The notes under the pieces: model-generated
What the model was told of the DNA's origin: nothing
The model's input: only the letters and a program-made list of their open reading frames with translations
Databases searched by the model: none
Translations under genes and position numbers: made by a program
DNA from: Macrostomum lignano
Lineage: Eukaryota
Reading direction: 5' to 3'
NCBI GenBank assembly: GCA_002269645.1
Contig: NIVC01000419.1
Location: 124,001-188,000 of the forward strand
Length of the DNA stretch: 64,000 bases
Shown: piece by piece, positions 62,901 to 64,000 of the stretch
Position numbering within the stretch: the first letter of the stretch is position 1
Layout of the letters: each line of letters begins with the position of its first letter

Positions 62901-64000
62901 GATAGGGAAATCTCAGTGTGTTAGATAGGGAAATCTCAGTGTGTTAGATAGGGAAATCTCAGTGTGTTAGATAGGGATATCCCAGTGTGTTAGATAGGGA
63001 AATCCCAGTGTGTTAGATAGGGATATCCTAGTGTGTTAGATAGGGATATCCCAATGTGTTAGATAGGGAAATCCCAGTGTGTTAGATAGGGAAATCCCAG
63101 TGTGTTAGATAGGGATATCCCAGTGTGTTAGATAAAGAAATCTCTGTGTTAGATAGGGAAATCTCAGGTTGCTAGATAGGGAAATCCCAGAGTGTTACAT
63201 AGGGAAATCCCAGTGTGCTAGATAGGGAAATCCCAGTGTGCTAGATAGGGAAATCCCAGTGTGCTAGATAGGGAAATCCCAGTGTGTTAGATAGGAAAAT
63301 CCCAGTGTGTTAGATAGGGAAATCCCAGTGTGTTAGATAGGGAAATCCCAGTGTGCTAGATAGGGAAATCCCAGTGTGTTAGATAGGGAAATCCCAGTGT
63401 GTTAGATAGGGATATCCTAGTGTGTTAGATAGGGATATCTTAGTGTGTTAGATAGGGATATCCCAGTGTGCTAGATAGGGAAATCCCAGTGTGTTAGATA
63501 GGGAAATCCCAGTGTGTTAGATAGGGAAATCCCAGTGTGTTAGATAGGGAAATCCCAGTGTGTTAGATAGGGAAATCCCAGTGTGTTAGATAGGGATATC
63601 CTAGTGTGTTAGATAGGGAAATCCCAGTGTGTTAGATAGGGAAATCCCAGTGTGTTAGATAGGGATATCCTAATGTGTTAGACAGGGAAATCCTAGTGTG
63701 TTAGATAGGGATATCCTAGTGTGCTAGATAGGGATATCCCGGTGTGTTAGATAGGGAAATCTCGTTGCTACGAACCTCGCAGATGCTTCCGCTGCTGCTG
63801 ACGCCCGCGAACCACCGAGGCAGGTGGCGTCCCGCCGCTGCCGCTGCCGCCACCGTCGCCAAAGTCGCCGAAGCCGCTGCTGCTGGCCTGGTCGTCGCCG
63901 TAGGCGCGACCGACAACTTCGCTGTGGTAGGACGGGTTGGGCCGGAAGGTGGCGCCCTGATGAGGATTGTAGCGGGTCTGGGGCCCGCCTCCGGTGGCCT
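53953..64000 (-). CDS. TOGARAM1: TOG array regulator of axonemal microtubules (TOGARAM/Crescerin/FAM179), 3' part; exons >64000-63776, 62771-62667, 62251-61869, 59889-59791, 58907-58836, 58462-58322, 57536-57059, 56836-56752, 56096-55482, 54886-54638, 54264-53953
   Basis: Two C-terminal TOG domains: SDWQAKCEGL...EVKNLRSQVSRLA...LLQKGSETNKFIQEDA, CLDGSQETRYWGR, and PDWKERLSGI...FMDAFAPRLGDSNSKVQQHAL, preceded by a low-complexity linker. The TOG exons are phase-consistent; one linker junction (59791 to 58907) is not. CLASP is a less likely alternative. Confidence 0.82.
54428..54566. repeat. 24-bp minisatellite AATTGGGAAGTGTCTGAATTACCG
   Basis: About 5.5 copies in the last TOGARAM intron. Confidence 0.92.
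55165..55410. repeat. ~26-bp degenerate minisatellite GAAGACACAATAGGACACCAAGACAT
   Basis: About 8 copies, intronic. Confidence 0.85.
56185..56690. repeat. 20-bp minisatellite CCAGTCTCACTAAATCTCAC
   Basis: About 20 copies, intronic. Confidence 0.9.
57575..58215. repeat. 21-bp G-rich minisatellite GGGTGAGATTTGGGGGAGAGA
   Basis: About 30 copies, intronic. Explains the KSHPLSP ORFs. Confidence 0.93.
59190..59625. repeat. 30-bp minisatellite ATGTCAGCTACGACTCATGTGTCAGGCATG
   Basis: About 14 copies, intronic. Confidence 0.93.
59985..61830. repeat. 24-bp minisatellite GATTAGAGGCCGATTCCTGAAGGA
   Basis: About 75 copies filling a 2-kb intron. Confidence 0.97.
62778..63760. repeat. 23-bp minisatellite TGTTAGATAGGGAAATCCCAGTG
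   Basis: About 42 copies filling the intron nearly from splice site to splice site. Confidence 0.97.

Overview
Eukaryotic (metazoan) genomic DNA, not prokaryotic. GC-rich exons are split by GT-AG introns, and most long introns are filled by minisatellites that are nearly always private to one intron. The exon/intron style, motile-cilia genes and repeat load suggest a free-living flatworm such as Macrostomum (inference only). Genes reconstructed by hand: a 3-exon coiled-coil gene (484-2133, +), CCDC65/DRC2 (3021-5267, -), FBXL15 (11327-13238, +), an RS-extended SAP18 (14480-16027, +), 13-exon POLR1A/RPA1 (~18159-33223, +), a large LIR-bearing coiled-coil gene (34533-39599, +; paralog of the first gene, one frameshift), a partial C22orf15-like gene (~42064-43515, -), a small 2-exon orphan present twice either side of an N-gap (probable false duplication), and the 3' part of TOGARAM/Crescerin (53953->64000, -). 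Also present: several MITEs, a foldback-type element with an 8-bp TSD and a tRNA-derived CORE-like SINE. Best leads: (1) four co-oriented genes each have a 3' splice acceptor in frame with the CDS, and POLR1A has no in-frame ATG, which fits SL trans-splicing with an SL-donated AUG and a possible operon; (2) many intronic minisatellites carry branch-point or splice-site motifs on the sense strand; (3) nested inverted repeat arrays in POLR1A introns 1/4 and 2/3. Most long ORFs in the ORF track that fall in repeats or antisense to exons are spurious. All coordinates were read by eye and may be off by a few bases.
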